From NCBI GenBank assembly GCA_030704615.1, contig JAKLZA010000117.1, forward strand, positions 1 through 25,000: 25,000 bases of DNA. Reading direction: 5' to 3'. The notes under the pieces were generated by a model. It was not told the origin of the DNA, ran no database searches, and worked only from the letters and a program-made list of their open reading frames with translations. Numbering within the stretch: position 1 is the first letter of the stretch; each line of letters starts with the position of its first letter. Origin of the DNA: Takakia lepidozioides. Lineage: Eukaryota > Plantae > Bryophyta. Positions 1-10,972 of the stretch are shown piece by piece. Made by a program: the position numbers and the translations under genes.

Positions 1-1900
1 AACTAGAGTTACATGGAGAAGGGTACATGGGATAACATGATACAAGCTTGCATTGGGGTTACACGATGCGGGTTACATATGGTGGGGATTACATGGGATC
101 ACATAATGGGCGGGTTACATGATGCGGGATAACATGGAATGAGGGTTACACCCCGCGGAGTAACAAAGGGTTACATGGGTTACAAATGGTTACGGAGGGT
201 CATGGGGTTATATGGGTTACAGAGGGTTACAGAGGGTTACATGGAGTGAGGGTTACATGGGGGTGAGGGTGACACTCTGCGGTGTTACATAGGGTTACAT
301 GGGTTACAGAGAGTTACATGGAATGAGGGTTAAATAGGGTTACATGGTGGTGAGGGTTACACCTGGTGAGGGTTACAGAGGGTCACAGAGGGTTACATGG
401 GGGTGAGGGTGACACTCTGCGTTGTTACAGAGGGTTACATGGTGGTGAGGGTTACATCTGGTGAGGGTTACAGAGGGTTACATGGAGTGAGGGTTACATA
501 GGGGTGAGGGTGACATTCTGCGGTGTTACAGAGGGTTACATGGGCTACATAAGGTTACATGGTAGTGAGGGTTACACCTGGTGAGGGTTATAGAGGGTCA
601 CAGAGGGTTAAATGGGTTACAGAGGGTCACATGGTGGTGAGGGTTACAGAGGGTTACATGGAGTGAGGGTTACATAGGGGTGAGGGTGACACTCTGCGGT
701 GTTATAGAGGGATACACGGGTTATGGAGGGTTACATGGTGGTGAGGGTTACACCTGGTGAGGGTTACATGGGGGTGAGGATGACACTCTGCGTTGTTACA
801 GAGGGTTACATGGTGGTGAGGGTTACACTTGGTGAGGGTTACAGGGGTTACATGGAGTGAAGGGTTACATAGGGGTGAGGGTGACACTGTGCGGTGTTAC
901 AGAGGGTTACATGGGTTACAGAGGGTTACACGGTGGTGAGGGTTATAGAGGGTCATAGAGGGTTACATGGAGTGAGGGTTACATGGGGGTGAGGGTGACA
1001 CTCTGCGTTGTTTCAGAGGGTTACATGGGCTACAAAGGATTACATGGTGGTGAGGGTTACACCTAGTGAGGGTTACTGAGGGTTACATGGAGTGAGGGTT
1101 ACATAGGGGTGAGGGTGACACTCTGCGGTGTTACAGAGGGATACATGGGTTACAGAGGGTGACATGGTGGTGACGGTTACACCTGGTGAGGGTTATAGAG
1201 GGTCACAGAGGGTTACATGGAGTGAGGGTTACATGGGGGTGAGGGTGACACTCTGCGGTGTTACAGAGGGTTACATGTGGTGAGGGTTACACCTGGTGAG
1301 GGTTACAGAGGGTTACATGGAGTGAGGGTTACATAGGGGTGAGGGTGATACTCTGCGGTGTTACAGCGGGTTACAGGGGTTACAGAGGGTTACATGGTGG
1401 TGAGGGTTACAGAGGGTCACAAAGGGTTACATGGGGGTGAGGGTGACACTCTGCGGTGTTACAGAGGGTTACATGGGGGTGAGGGTGACACTCTGCGGTG
1501 TTACAGAGGGTTACATGGTGGTGAGGGTTACAGAGGGTTACAAAGGGTTACATGGAGTGAGGGTTACATAGGGGTGAGGGTGACACTCTGCGGTGTTACA
1601 GAGAGTTACATGGTGGTGAGGGTTAAAGGGGGTTACAGGGGATTACAAGTGAGGGTTACATGTTGAGGGTTACAGAGGGTCATGGGGTTACATGGGTTGC
1701 AGAGGGTTACATGGATTAAGAGGGTCACAGAGGATTACATGGGTTGCAAAGTTTTATAGAGGGTTACATGGAGTGAGGGTTACATAGGGGTGGGGGTGAC
1801 ACTCTTGCGGTGTTATAGAGGGTTACACCTGGTGAGGGTTACATGTGTTGCACAGGGTTGCAGAGGGTTACATGGGTTACATGGTGGTTAGTGGTTACTG
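1..1900 (+). repeat. G-rich minisatellite built on a GGGTTACA core, with ~14 higher-order units (possibly truncated by the window start)
   Basis: Directly visible. Modules include GAGGGTTACA, TGGGTTACA, TGGAGTGAGGGTTACA, TGGTGGTGAGGGTTACA and CCTGGTGAGGGTTACA. The marker GTGACACTCTGCG(G/T)TGTTACA recurs near 270, 411, 511, 688, 781, 881, 996, 1116, 1246, 1346, 1445, 1486, 1581 and 1797. The edges (1-190, 1700-1900) are more degenerate. Confidence 0.97.
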
Positions 1901-2289
1901 GCGGACTGGTGTTGCATAACGCAGGCGGCGACGACGCCGCCGATGGGATGAGAGCGGGGGTAGGGAGGGATTGACCGAGCCCAGCCGGTTGCCTTTCGAT
2001 GGCTGCCGGAGGCGGAGAACCGGCGGTACGGGGTGTCAGGGCTGGACCATCCTGACGTGCTCGCATTAAGTTCTTACATTATTCCTAATATCTTCCTATA
2101 TAAAATCTGCCCTTATAGTTGACTGGTGGGCTTCTACAAGAAGAAGCCCTTTTATATATCCATGTGCGACAAAGAAAAAATGAGTACAAATTATGCATGC
2201 ATATTCGGCGGATCACAACAAAAATCTTGGTTTCCTCTTAATTAGTCTGGGCTCAGTGGGCTGTTAAATTTGTGTTTTCATATCGACGA

Positions 2290-3585
2290 GTCCGGGCCTG
2301 TAGGTCATGTCCTCAGTGATATACCCATCCAAGATGGGCCCTGACCTGCTGCCCCTCTCACCTACCCTGTTCGGGATCTACATTGACGCCTTGGAGGTTT
2401 ACATCTCAAAAAACCATGGAATTGCGGTGCCGTTGGATGGGGGACCATCACAATCAGATCTCATGTACGCGGATGATGTTGCCCTTTTGGCACAATCTTC
2501 TCCACATCCTGGACAGTTCTACAAAAACTATGGGCTGCAAGTCAATCTTAGCAAAACCAAGATCATGGTTTTCAATGGCCATGCCCACCGCAGATTCATC
2601 TTCAACAATCTGGAAATTGAGATAGTGAAATCATAACGTCTAGTTATCCACTCCCCCAAATTCCAGTTGCAGCAAGTGCCTTGGACAGATTGACAAAGGG
2701 TAAGGCGGCCTCCATTTGCCTTCAGGCCAAATGCAAACAGATACATCTGCGCCACCCCCCCTATTTGACAACGTTGTCACCCCAGCTGCCACTTATGGTT
2801 GTGAATTCTGGGCACCTGGTGTCCCAGTTTCGTGATGGGAAAAGAATCTGGAACCATTGCAGTCATCTTTCCTCCAAGCAATGCTTGGCGCCAGAGGCAC
2901 AGCACGATCTCACATCCTAGGTGCAGAGTTCGCATGCGTGCCACTGCAAACCGAGGCCCTCTTCCGGCTTACAATTTTTCTTCATAGGTTACAAGCCCTT
3001 CCACCCAAGGGGCTTGTGGCAAGAGCCCTCGCAACATCTATTTATGCTCAAAACTGTAGGTTTCAAGGACTCTTGGTATGCTTGAGTGGACAGTCTTTGC
3101 AGACAGCAACAGACACATTAGAAGGGAGCTTATGGAACTACATGTCAGGAGAACTTGGAAGTTACCCAGTCTCACGACAAAGCTGCATTTCTATCAAGAG
3201 ACATTCTTGGTTCTCCGAGATGATATAATCTTGCGGCCCAATTACCTTTTGACATCTTTATCTCCTTCTCTCTTGAGGGCATTAGGGCGGTTCAGGGTGG
3301 GCTCCCACAACCTAAGGATAGAGACTGGCAGATGGGAAAACCTGCAACGGTAGGACAGGGGGAGGACCTATGTCCAGCTTGCACAGGGCGCAACCGGGAA
3401 ATTGAAACTGAAGAACACCGGCTCTTCTTCTATTGCCCTCTATACTATGAGATCCGTGGGAGATTCCACTCTGTATTCCGCGGAAACCAATCTCTCATTG
3501 AAGTCTTCCACTATGAGGATCAGAAATGCTTGGCAGCTTACCTACATGAGGCCTTCATCATAAAGCACCATTTCATTTCATTTCT
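2290..3585 (+). mobile_element. 5'-truncated, frameshifted non-LTR retrotransposon (LINE, RTE-X/L2-like): RT C-half plus C-terminal zinc motif (family A)
   Basis: RT motifs PLSPTLFGIYID, LMYADDVALLA and GLQVNLSKTKIMVF (ORF 2307-2636). Later frames carry ALGRFRVGSHNLRIETGRW and CPAC...ETEEH...CPLYYEIR. Multiple stops and frameshifts; ends near (CATTT)3 at 3569-3583. Clade assignment is from remembered motifs, not a search. Confidence 0.9.
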
Positions 3586-3599
3586 CTATCCCCTTGTGC

Positions 3600-4130
3600 A
3601 AATGAAGTTAGGCATAAAACTTCCCTGAACTTGTTTCCAGTTTGTAACATGGGGGAGGGCCTTAAAGATGATATGAAGGGCCTACCTAACCTCGGCACCA
3701 GACCGAAGTTTTAAACTCAGGCTGGGAAGCCTACCTTTGAACAATAAACAGATGCAGAGAGGAAAAGGAGATTATAATTGGATGATGTGCGGGCAGCCTG
3801 AAGACAATATCCATTTTCCGGTACTTTGTCCGGGATATTCTCACCAAAGAGTAATCCTCTTCAGGACAATAAAGAAAGATTATCCTTGCACTTTTGTTTA
3901 CCAACTTCTCAAGTCTTGAGGCAGAGCCTAAAGCCCTGGCCCTCTTGGGGGTTAATTGCCAGACAGCTCACATACAACAAGTTGAGGCTTGTGTGAAGGG
4001 CTTTCTAGAGGATATCTGGAAGTCCTGAGTTAGTTGTCTATATCAAGGTAAGTCACACTTACTGGGGTGAGCTGCATCGGATCTATGGCCACAAGGCTAC
4101 AGCAAGCAACGTCTTATAAGTACATTCTCT
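3600..4130 (+). mobile_element. 3' end fragment of a second LINE family (family B, copy 1), decayed
   Basis: Aligns by eye at roughly 75-80% to 18912-19465. Encodes a degenerate C-terminal motif (MCGQPEDNIHF...CPGYSHQR) and ends in GTACATTCTCT, as copy 2 does. Confidence 0.85.
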
Positions 4131-4344
4131 TACCTTGTCAATTGATTTTATTTCTTCTCCTCTTATCTCGCGGTAGGTTCTCACTCGTATGACATTTCTT
4201 GGTTTTTGGGGGCAGACTACAAAGTTTTAGAGTATGTTGCAATGGTTGTCATGTAGCTTTAAAACCATCTTTAAGCAAACCTAATTGGATCAACCTTTGT
4301 TGATAAACCTTATCATGTATTGTGTTTGCCAGGAGTCAATTATG

Positions 4345-5210
4345 TTAGAATTTTGCAGGGGGAGATGAGTTAGTGGTGTGCCAGTTGAATGTGGGTGGAA
4401 ATGAGCAAAGATGGTCAGAGGTTGCATTGAGTACCTGGCTTGCTTTCAAATGAATTTTTCCTTCTAAGCTCGTCAATCGTTGCTGACATGCCAAGGAAAG
4501 ATGTGTGTTGGATAAGAGCAAGAATTTAGAAAGAACGAATGAAACCTTTGGAGTGTATAGGTAGCTCAAAGAGCCCATGAAATAACTAGAGACATTCTTG
4601 GTGAATTAGAAATTTGATGTTGGAATTCCTGAGTGCAGGTTCCATTCCATAAGACCCTCAATGATGAACCTACAAAGTGATCAGAAGCTATCTATGCAGG
4701 AAAGTGTGCATGGTTCTACATGATCATCTTGAAAGCACTACCCAAACAGATGAGTTCAGTGTTGGTGAGGTGACCCTGTTGAGCTGATTGAACTGGTTTA
4801 TTGAAGGTGGAAAGGATTTTCCCCACTTTAAATTCCGAAGTTCGAAACCCAGCTGCATGGTTGATGAGACAAGAGCTCGGTGTATGCCCACCAATGTAGC
4901 TCATGGGACAACCAATGTTCACAAGATTGGTTACAGTCCTCCGTGGGTAAGGTTGAGTCTTCAACACAACCATAGCTGTGTCTTAGGCAGTCTCAAATCG
5001 GGATGTCTACACTGTGGATCTGCATTCTCCATGAGAATGAGGAGATCCATGAGATTTTTTCGGAGGAAGTGTTTCTCTATGCAAAAGATGATTAAAGTTT
5101 TTGGCCTCTGTCCGAGTTCTTTAAAAAATTGATGTATCTCTAAAATGTGAAGGAGACTGTGGAAGTACAAGGAGAACTGTATGGATTTCTCTTTAGGGAA
5201 GACTTGCAAT
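4345..5210 (-). mobile_element. Possible highly decayed transposon-derived coding remnant (L1 ORF2 C-terminal-like?)
   Basis: Overlapping short minus-strand ORFs with no evident splice structure. Fragments such as LRVLWNG and LVISWAL* loosely resemble Trp-rich post-RT regions. Weak support. Confidence 0.25.
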
Positions 5211-5761
5211 GTGACAGCGAGTTATATACATAGAATGTAGATTGCAGTTCAGCTGGTATATGCTTGTGTCTTACTGTGGCTTCCCACACAAACAGGCTTC
5301 ACCATCAAGCACTTGCTGCCATTGGTCTATCACTGTATGTTGGGGTAGGTAGTTTGCAGTTCCTCTGCTCAGAGTTATCACTTATGAGAGTGTCGAAGCT
5401 GGCACTCTGTTTCTCATGTGTGTTCGACTTTCTCATTTCTTGTCTTGAAGTTCAAGAAAAGCATGTTGTTATTGCTCCATAAGTTTCGAAAGTGTAAGGC
5501 ACATAAACATCGTAAATCCTAGCGACAAGATTCAAAGCAATGGAAAGCATCAATGAATACGAAAGGAAGCCATCTCCGTGTTCACTCTCTGCGGTTGCCA
5601 AGGGAAAGTTAGATTAGTGTTTGGTTGTGAAGAAGTGAAGATGCGTTGCTATCATAGCAGGGAGTAGGTACACCAATTGACTGTGATTTCAAATCAGCTA
5701 CCGACACAAGGCAGAAGTATCCACAGCTTGCGCTGCCCGGGGAAGGGAGCAATTAGAGGCT

Positions 5762-8700
5762 ATGGTGACAATGCTGACGCCAAATGCTATAGTGGCGCTC
5801 ATCGGTGGTCATGGGGATCTGCGGCCTGTGCTTCAGGTCGGTGTTTCTGCTGGCACTTTGATACTCTCTTAAACTAGTCTTGCGCGCGGAATTGCAACTT
5901 ATCGGTGATTTTCTCTTGCAGCAGGAACACGTGAATTCCGAAGGATGCAATGCTTGTCACTTTTTTGTGTAGCTGCCACTGGCAAGTTGTGTAGAAATAG
6001 GCTTGATTGTCTGTCGACTTTCAAAGGGAGCTACGTGATATCATATCGAGTCATCGAATTGTCGAATCATCGATCCTACAGTTTTGTTAGTGCAGGTGGT
6101 GGACGTTCGACAGGTAGGAAATGCACAGAGTACACAGGATCGGTTCCGCCTAGTGCTATCAGATGGCCAGCATACACAGCCGGCCATGTTAGCAACACAG
6201 CTCAACGAGCATGTAAGATCCGGCAAAGTGATCAAGGGCTCAGTTGTGGAGCTTCTTGAATACATCTGCAACACAGTACAAAACAAAAAGTTAGACCAAC
6301 TTCCTCTCATCCCTTTGGTGTGGAGTAAATCTTGTCAGCTGGCAGCACCAAAAATTAAAACGAGTGTCCCGCTTCTACAATCGGTTCTTACTAATGTCGA
6401 TACATCGATACCTGAGTGAAAAGCAGAATTTCATAGCAGCTCATGGCTTCTCATACCTGTAATGTTGTTATGTCTATAAATACTTTCTTTAGGCACAAAT
6501 GGAACGGGAGGAGTGTTTTCCATTTTGTGCTGAATGGTTTCATGTTTTGTCTCAGACTCGGAGTGCTCTTTGCATAATCCGAATTTCTCACAGGCTGCAG
6601 TGTGTGGCCTAGTGGTCTTTCCGAACTAGGCTGAGGGGGAAAAGTTGGAAGGAGATTTGCTGACTACTCTTGGTCTGGTTGCAGAGTTATTATCGTGTTG
6701 AACATAGAGGTTGTAGCTGCTCAAGCAGCAATTGTAGGAACTCCAAAGGCATTTGGAACAGGTGTCGAGCAGCGAGTCACAGGGCCAGGTCCTGGCAGTC
6801 TTCAACGTCAACAGCAGCAGCATCCAAGCGGAGCCCTTGCAATGTCAGCACAACCAGTTCCAGCATTTATGAGTAATGTGCATAATGGTGGGTTTAGAGG
6901 AGGCGTAGGAGCTCCAGTGCAGTCGATGAGTGGAAGTTACACTGAAGGTGGAGGATCGGGGGTCAGTGTGCCTCAGCCTGCAGGAGCCTATAATGCATAC
7001 TTTTCTGTGGTCTCTGGGAACAATCCTGTGCAGTCAGGAGGCTTTCAGAGGAAGCCAGCTGTTGTTGGCAATCAAGCAGTAGGTGCTGTGGGATTCGGTC
7101 AGCATGGACAACAAAGCAATCATTCTGGGAAGTCAGTTGTTATGCCTCCTTATCAGCCCATGTGCTCAACCAGAGGGCCAGTTGCCCAGAATGAAGTGCC
7201 TGCCAGAATAACTTCGATTGCAGCTTTAAATCCATATCAGGGTCGGTGGGCAATCAAAGGTCGAGTGACTGCCAAAACTGACATTCGCCAGTTCCACAAT
7301 GCTAGGGGGGATGGTAGAGTCTGTTCCTTTGACCTTCTTGATGCAGACGGCGGAGAGATTCGTGTCACTTGCTTTAACAATGTGGTGGATCAGTTCTTTG
7401 ACTTTGTAGACGTTGGCAAGGTGTACACAGTTACCAAAGGCTCACTGAGGCCAGCACAAAAAACCTTCAACCATCTGAAGAATGAGTGGGAGATAATTTT
7501 GGAATCAACATCCACGGTCGAGCCTGGCTTTGGGGAGGATGGTTCAATTCCTCACCAACATTTTGACTTCAGGCCAATACTTGAAATTGAGCATATGGTC
7601 AAGAACACAGTATTAGATATTGTTGGCATTGTTGTGGCAGTAAATCCTTCGAACAAAATCATGTTCAAGAATGGTACGGAGGCAGAGAAGAGAACACTGG
7701 AGATTAAAGATATGTCTGGTTGTAGCGTGGAAATTACCATGTGGGGTGCTTTTTGTGGCAAAGAAGGGCAGCATCTGCAAGATCTATCTGACTCTGGACA
7801 GTATCCTGTACTGGCAGTTAAGGCAGGACGGATCAGTGACTTCCATGGGAAGTCAGTTGGAACTTTTTCCTCCACGCAATTGCTCGTTAACCCCAACATT
7901 CCAGCAGCACATCAGGTACGAGATTGGTTTGATCATGAGGGTAGGAATTCAGCTTCTCATTCAATTTCAAGTGGTGCTGGTGGGGGACATGTTGAGCTTC
8001 GCAAGACCATTTCTCAAATCAAGGACGAAGGACTAGGTAGGAGTGATAAACCTGACTGGATTACGGTGAGAGCCACAATTTACTTCATCAAAACAGACAA
8101 TTTTTTCTACACCGCGTGCCCCCTTCCCTTTGGGGATAAGCACTGCAACAAGAAAGTGACCAACAATGGAGATGGTAGATGGCATTGTGATCGATGTGAC
8201 CGCTCTGTGCAAGGATGTGATTACAGGCCAGTGCTTTTCCCTATGGAAGACTCCGCTTTTTACATATGCTCTCTTTGGCTAATTGTTTGTTTATTCCCTT
8301 TCTGAAGTGCAGTCGACAGGCTCATCTTCTGGATGATAGTCTATTGCTCCACTCTTCACACATGATGCTAGAACCATTTGTGGATTGGGATAATTATATA
8401 GAGTCACCTTATGTGTGATGAGAACAACTAAACCTGACTTTTCTGAACACATATGAATGCTCAATTCAACTTGGTCAGTCAGGTTGTTGTAGTTCTGCAT
8501 AACGTGATCGCAATCTCCACACTTGTAATCAAATTGATCTTCACAAGATGTTTTAGCAAATTATTAACATTGTAGGCCATGAACTTCATTGTTGTGGATT
8601 CTCATTCTTCAAATGAAACAGCACCACCTTGCTACGTGCATGTGCAGATTTTCCATGCACATAGTGCTATGTGCTGAGATGTTAGTTGTGAGTGTCTGTC

Positions 8701-9639
8701 TGACCCTTCGACACTTACCCGTGTAATGGTGTCCAGTGTAAATAGAGACAATGTGTTTTAGAGCTGTGTCATGGTTTTTGCACTGTACTGATTGTTTGGA
8801 TCATTTCAACATTTTGTGGTGACAGGTATGTTTTAAATTTTCAAATGCAAGATCATACAGGTCCGATATGGGTCACCGCCTTTCAGGAGGCAGGGGCTGA
8901 AATCACTCAGCATCCTGCGAAGGAGCTTTATGTTTGGAATGAAGAGCAGAACCCTAAGTTCAATGAGACCATCCAGAGGCTGTTGTTTACCCAGCATGTG
9001 TTCAAGCTGAAGGTGAAAGAAGAGATCTACAATGATGAGCAGCGGACAAAGTTGACTGTGGTTGGATCAGAGGCTGTTGACTGGGTCAAGGAGAGTAAGC
9101 TAATGTTACATTGGATAGGCAAGCTTGCCAGAGGGGAAGCCATCCATGGATGCACTGTGATGAGTTGGAGTGCAAGCATTGCAGGCACATCACATTTGTC
9201 TGTGACACCTGGTTTTTGTGGAGGTGCAAGTGCAGGAACTCAGGCAGAGGCAAGCTTGGGTGGGGAACAGGCTGGATATGGAGATGGTGTAGGTGGCTAC
9301 ACTGGGGGATTTCGAGAGGATAGAAATGGGAGAATCCATGGAGGTGGAGGTGGAGATGGAGGCAGCAGCAGTAGCCAGTGCTACAACTGTGACAAGGAAG
9401 GCCATTTTGCAAACCAATGTCGCAATGATACTGCTTCCGCTACCTACAGTGGGGGGGCGGGTGGCTTTGGGGGGCGCGGTTCAGCAATTAATTGCTTCAA
9501 ATGTGGGCAAGAAGGGCATTTTTCCAGGGATTGCCATAACCAAGGTGGGCTGCAGAGAGGAGGACATGGGGGAAGGGGCTCAAGGGGAGGAAGTTACAGA
9601 GTGGCTGGCTTTGGGGGATGGAGTGGTGGGGCCTACTGA
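5762..9639 (+). CDS. RPA1: Replication protein A 70 kDa subunit with two C-terminal CCHC zinc knuckles (~874 aa, 4 exons)
   Basis: Exons 5762-5836, 6096-6289, 6685-8226 and 8826-9639 join in frame (2625 nt). DBD-F start LTPNAIVAL...RPVLQ/VVDVRQ...RFRLVLSDG; DBD-A IAALNPYQGRWAIKGRVTAK; DBD-B; DBD-C zinc ribbon YTACP...CNKKV...WHCDRC then CDYR/YVLNFQMQDHTG; knuckles CYNCDKEGHFANQC and CFKCGQEGHFSRDC. Intron 3 has a GC donor. Confidence 0.95.
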
Positions 9640-10972
9640 GTAGGGACTCCTTTATCAGGAGGGGAATCCATCATTCCACTTTTTCCAGAGTTTCCAATGG
9701 GAGGCTTTGTGCACTTCCATCGACCAAACATGAAGCGTCTGTTTGGAGTGATAACTTTGGCAGGAATTTGAGGGTGTACCACCGTGTATACAAAAAGCAA
9801 TCCTGTGCTTGATCAATCAGTTCTCAATCAGATCTCTAAAATCCGGACAGGATGGTCCTGCTTCTTTGGGGGGATTCTGCTGTGCTGCACTGATTAGGGT
9901 GAGCCTGAGCCAAGCTTGTAACATATGTATCTTTCAAGGAAGATCCAGGTCATGCTTTGGGAGGCTACTAGCATATGATGTTCACCTGGTTTTCAGAGCC
10001 CCTTTTCAGTTGGACGTCGAGCTTTGGCTCTAAGGGTGGTCAATTTCTCAGAAATTTGAGATTTGACCTCTTGCACAAAACAATCCTATACTAGACAGAT
10101 CATTTTCAATCAGCTCAAGTGGACAGGTTATTCTCTGGATCATTAGTGTGCTGGAGGCGAGACTGTAACAAACAATTTTTCAAGGGAGACATTCTCTCCT
10201 TTGCTGTGGACATGCTACATCTGTCTGCCACCATATTCCAGTCTAGCAAAGCACTAAACTGCGGTATGCAGGGTGCACACTCCATCCGCAACCCCACATC
10301 TTCCCTGAGATCATCTACCCATTATTAGCAGCGACACACAACAACCACTCTTCTCCTTTCATGTAAAGCACATGACCATGGTTATCCTCAGCATTCAAAT
10401 GTTAGTAGAACTACAGACAGGTCTTTCGGAAATCATTGCTTCCACAGGGTTGAGGGTCACAACACTGCTGCATGTGCTCTTAAACATTGCACTCATCTCT
10501 CAACCTTAAACCCGTACACTCATGTGTCCCAGGGCCTCTGGGACATACTAGTATGGCAATGGGCCATGGTGGTATTTCTGACCAGCTTGGCCAACACCAT
10601 GCATTCACTCCGACTGCCACCAATGTTCATAGTACAATTGTTACCCAACTAAGAGGGTGTGGTATCCTGGACGATGTATGGCAACAAAACCGCAACATCT
10701 ACAGGGAGATTTACTACTCATGAGAACGACATGCATCGAAGCAGACATTGTGCATCGCAAGGACGTGCACCACCAACCAATACACCTGGAAAGATGCAGT
10801 CTCATGGAATGAGCAACAGATCCCAAACAGGCCAGGACTACTAAATAGCGTCAGACTTTGACTCTGGTGCAGATAAAGAGAACCTCCAAAAAGAACCTAC
10901 TCACTTGTTCAATATGGTAAAAATCTCCATGCATCATGCACTATCGAGAGTACGATACTATCTTGTTCTTCC

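Noticed and set aside
1-1900. CRISPR array (recurring palindromic ~21-mer)
   Set aside because: The spacers are made of the same repeat modules and vary widely in length; the context is eukaryotic with no cas genes.
1-1900. True chromosome-end telomere
   Set aside because: The G-rich strand runs toward the interior genes, which is the wrong polarity, and the units are complex rather than a homogeneous short repeat.
702-2066. ORFs 702-887, 1358-1666 and 1839-2066
   Set aside because: These are translations of the satellite and the GC-rich block with no protein features.
4658-4791. C/D box snoRNA (ATGATGA...CTGA with TCAA/TTGA)
   Set aside because: The terminal stem is out of register for a K-turn, and no rRNA-complementary guide was recognisable.
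9086-9643. Alternative-frame and antisense ORFs over the RPA1 tail (HLHLH, EVEVE)
   Set aside because: Shadow frames of Gly-rich codons.
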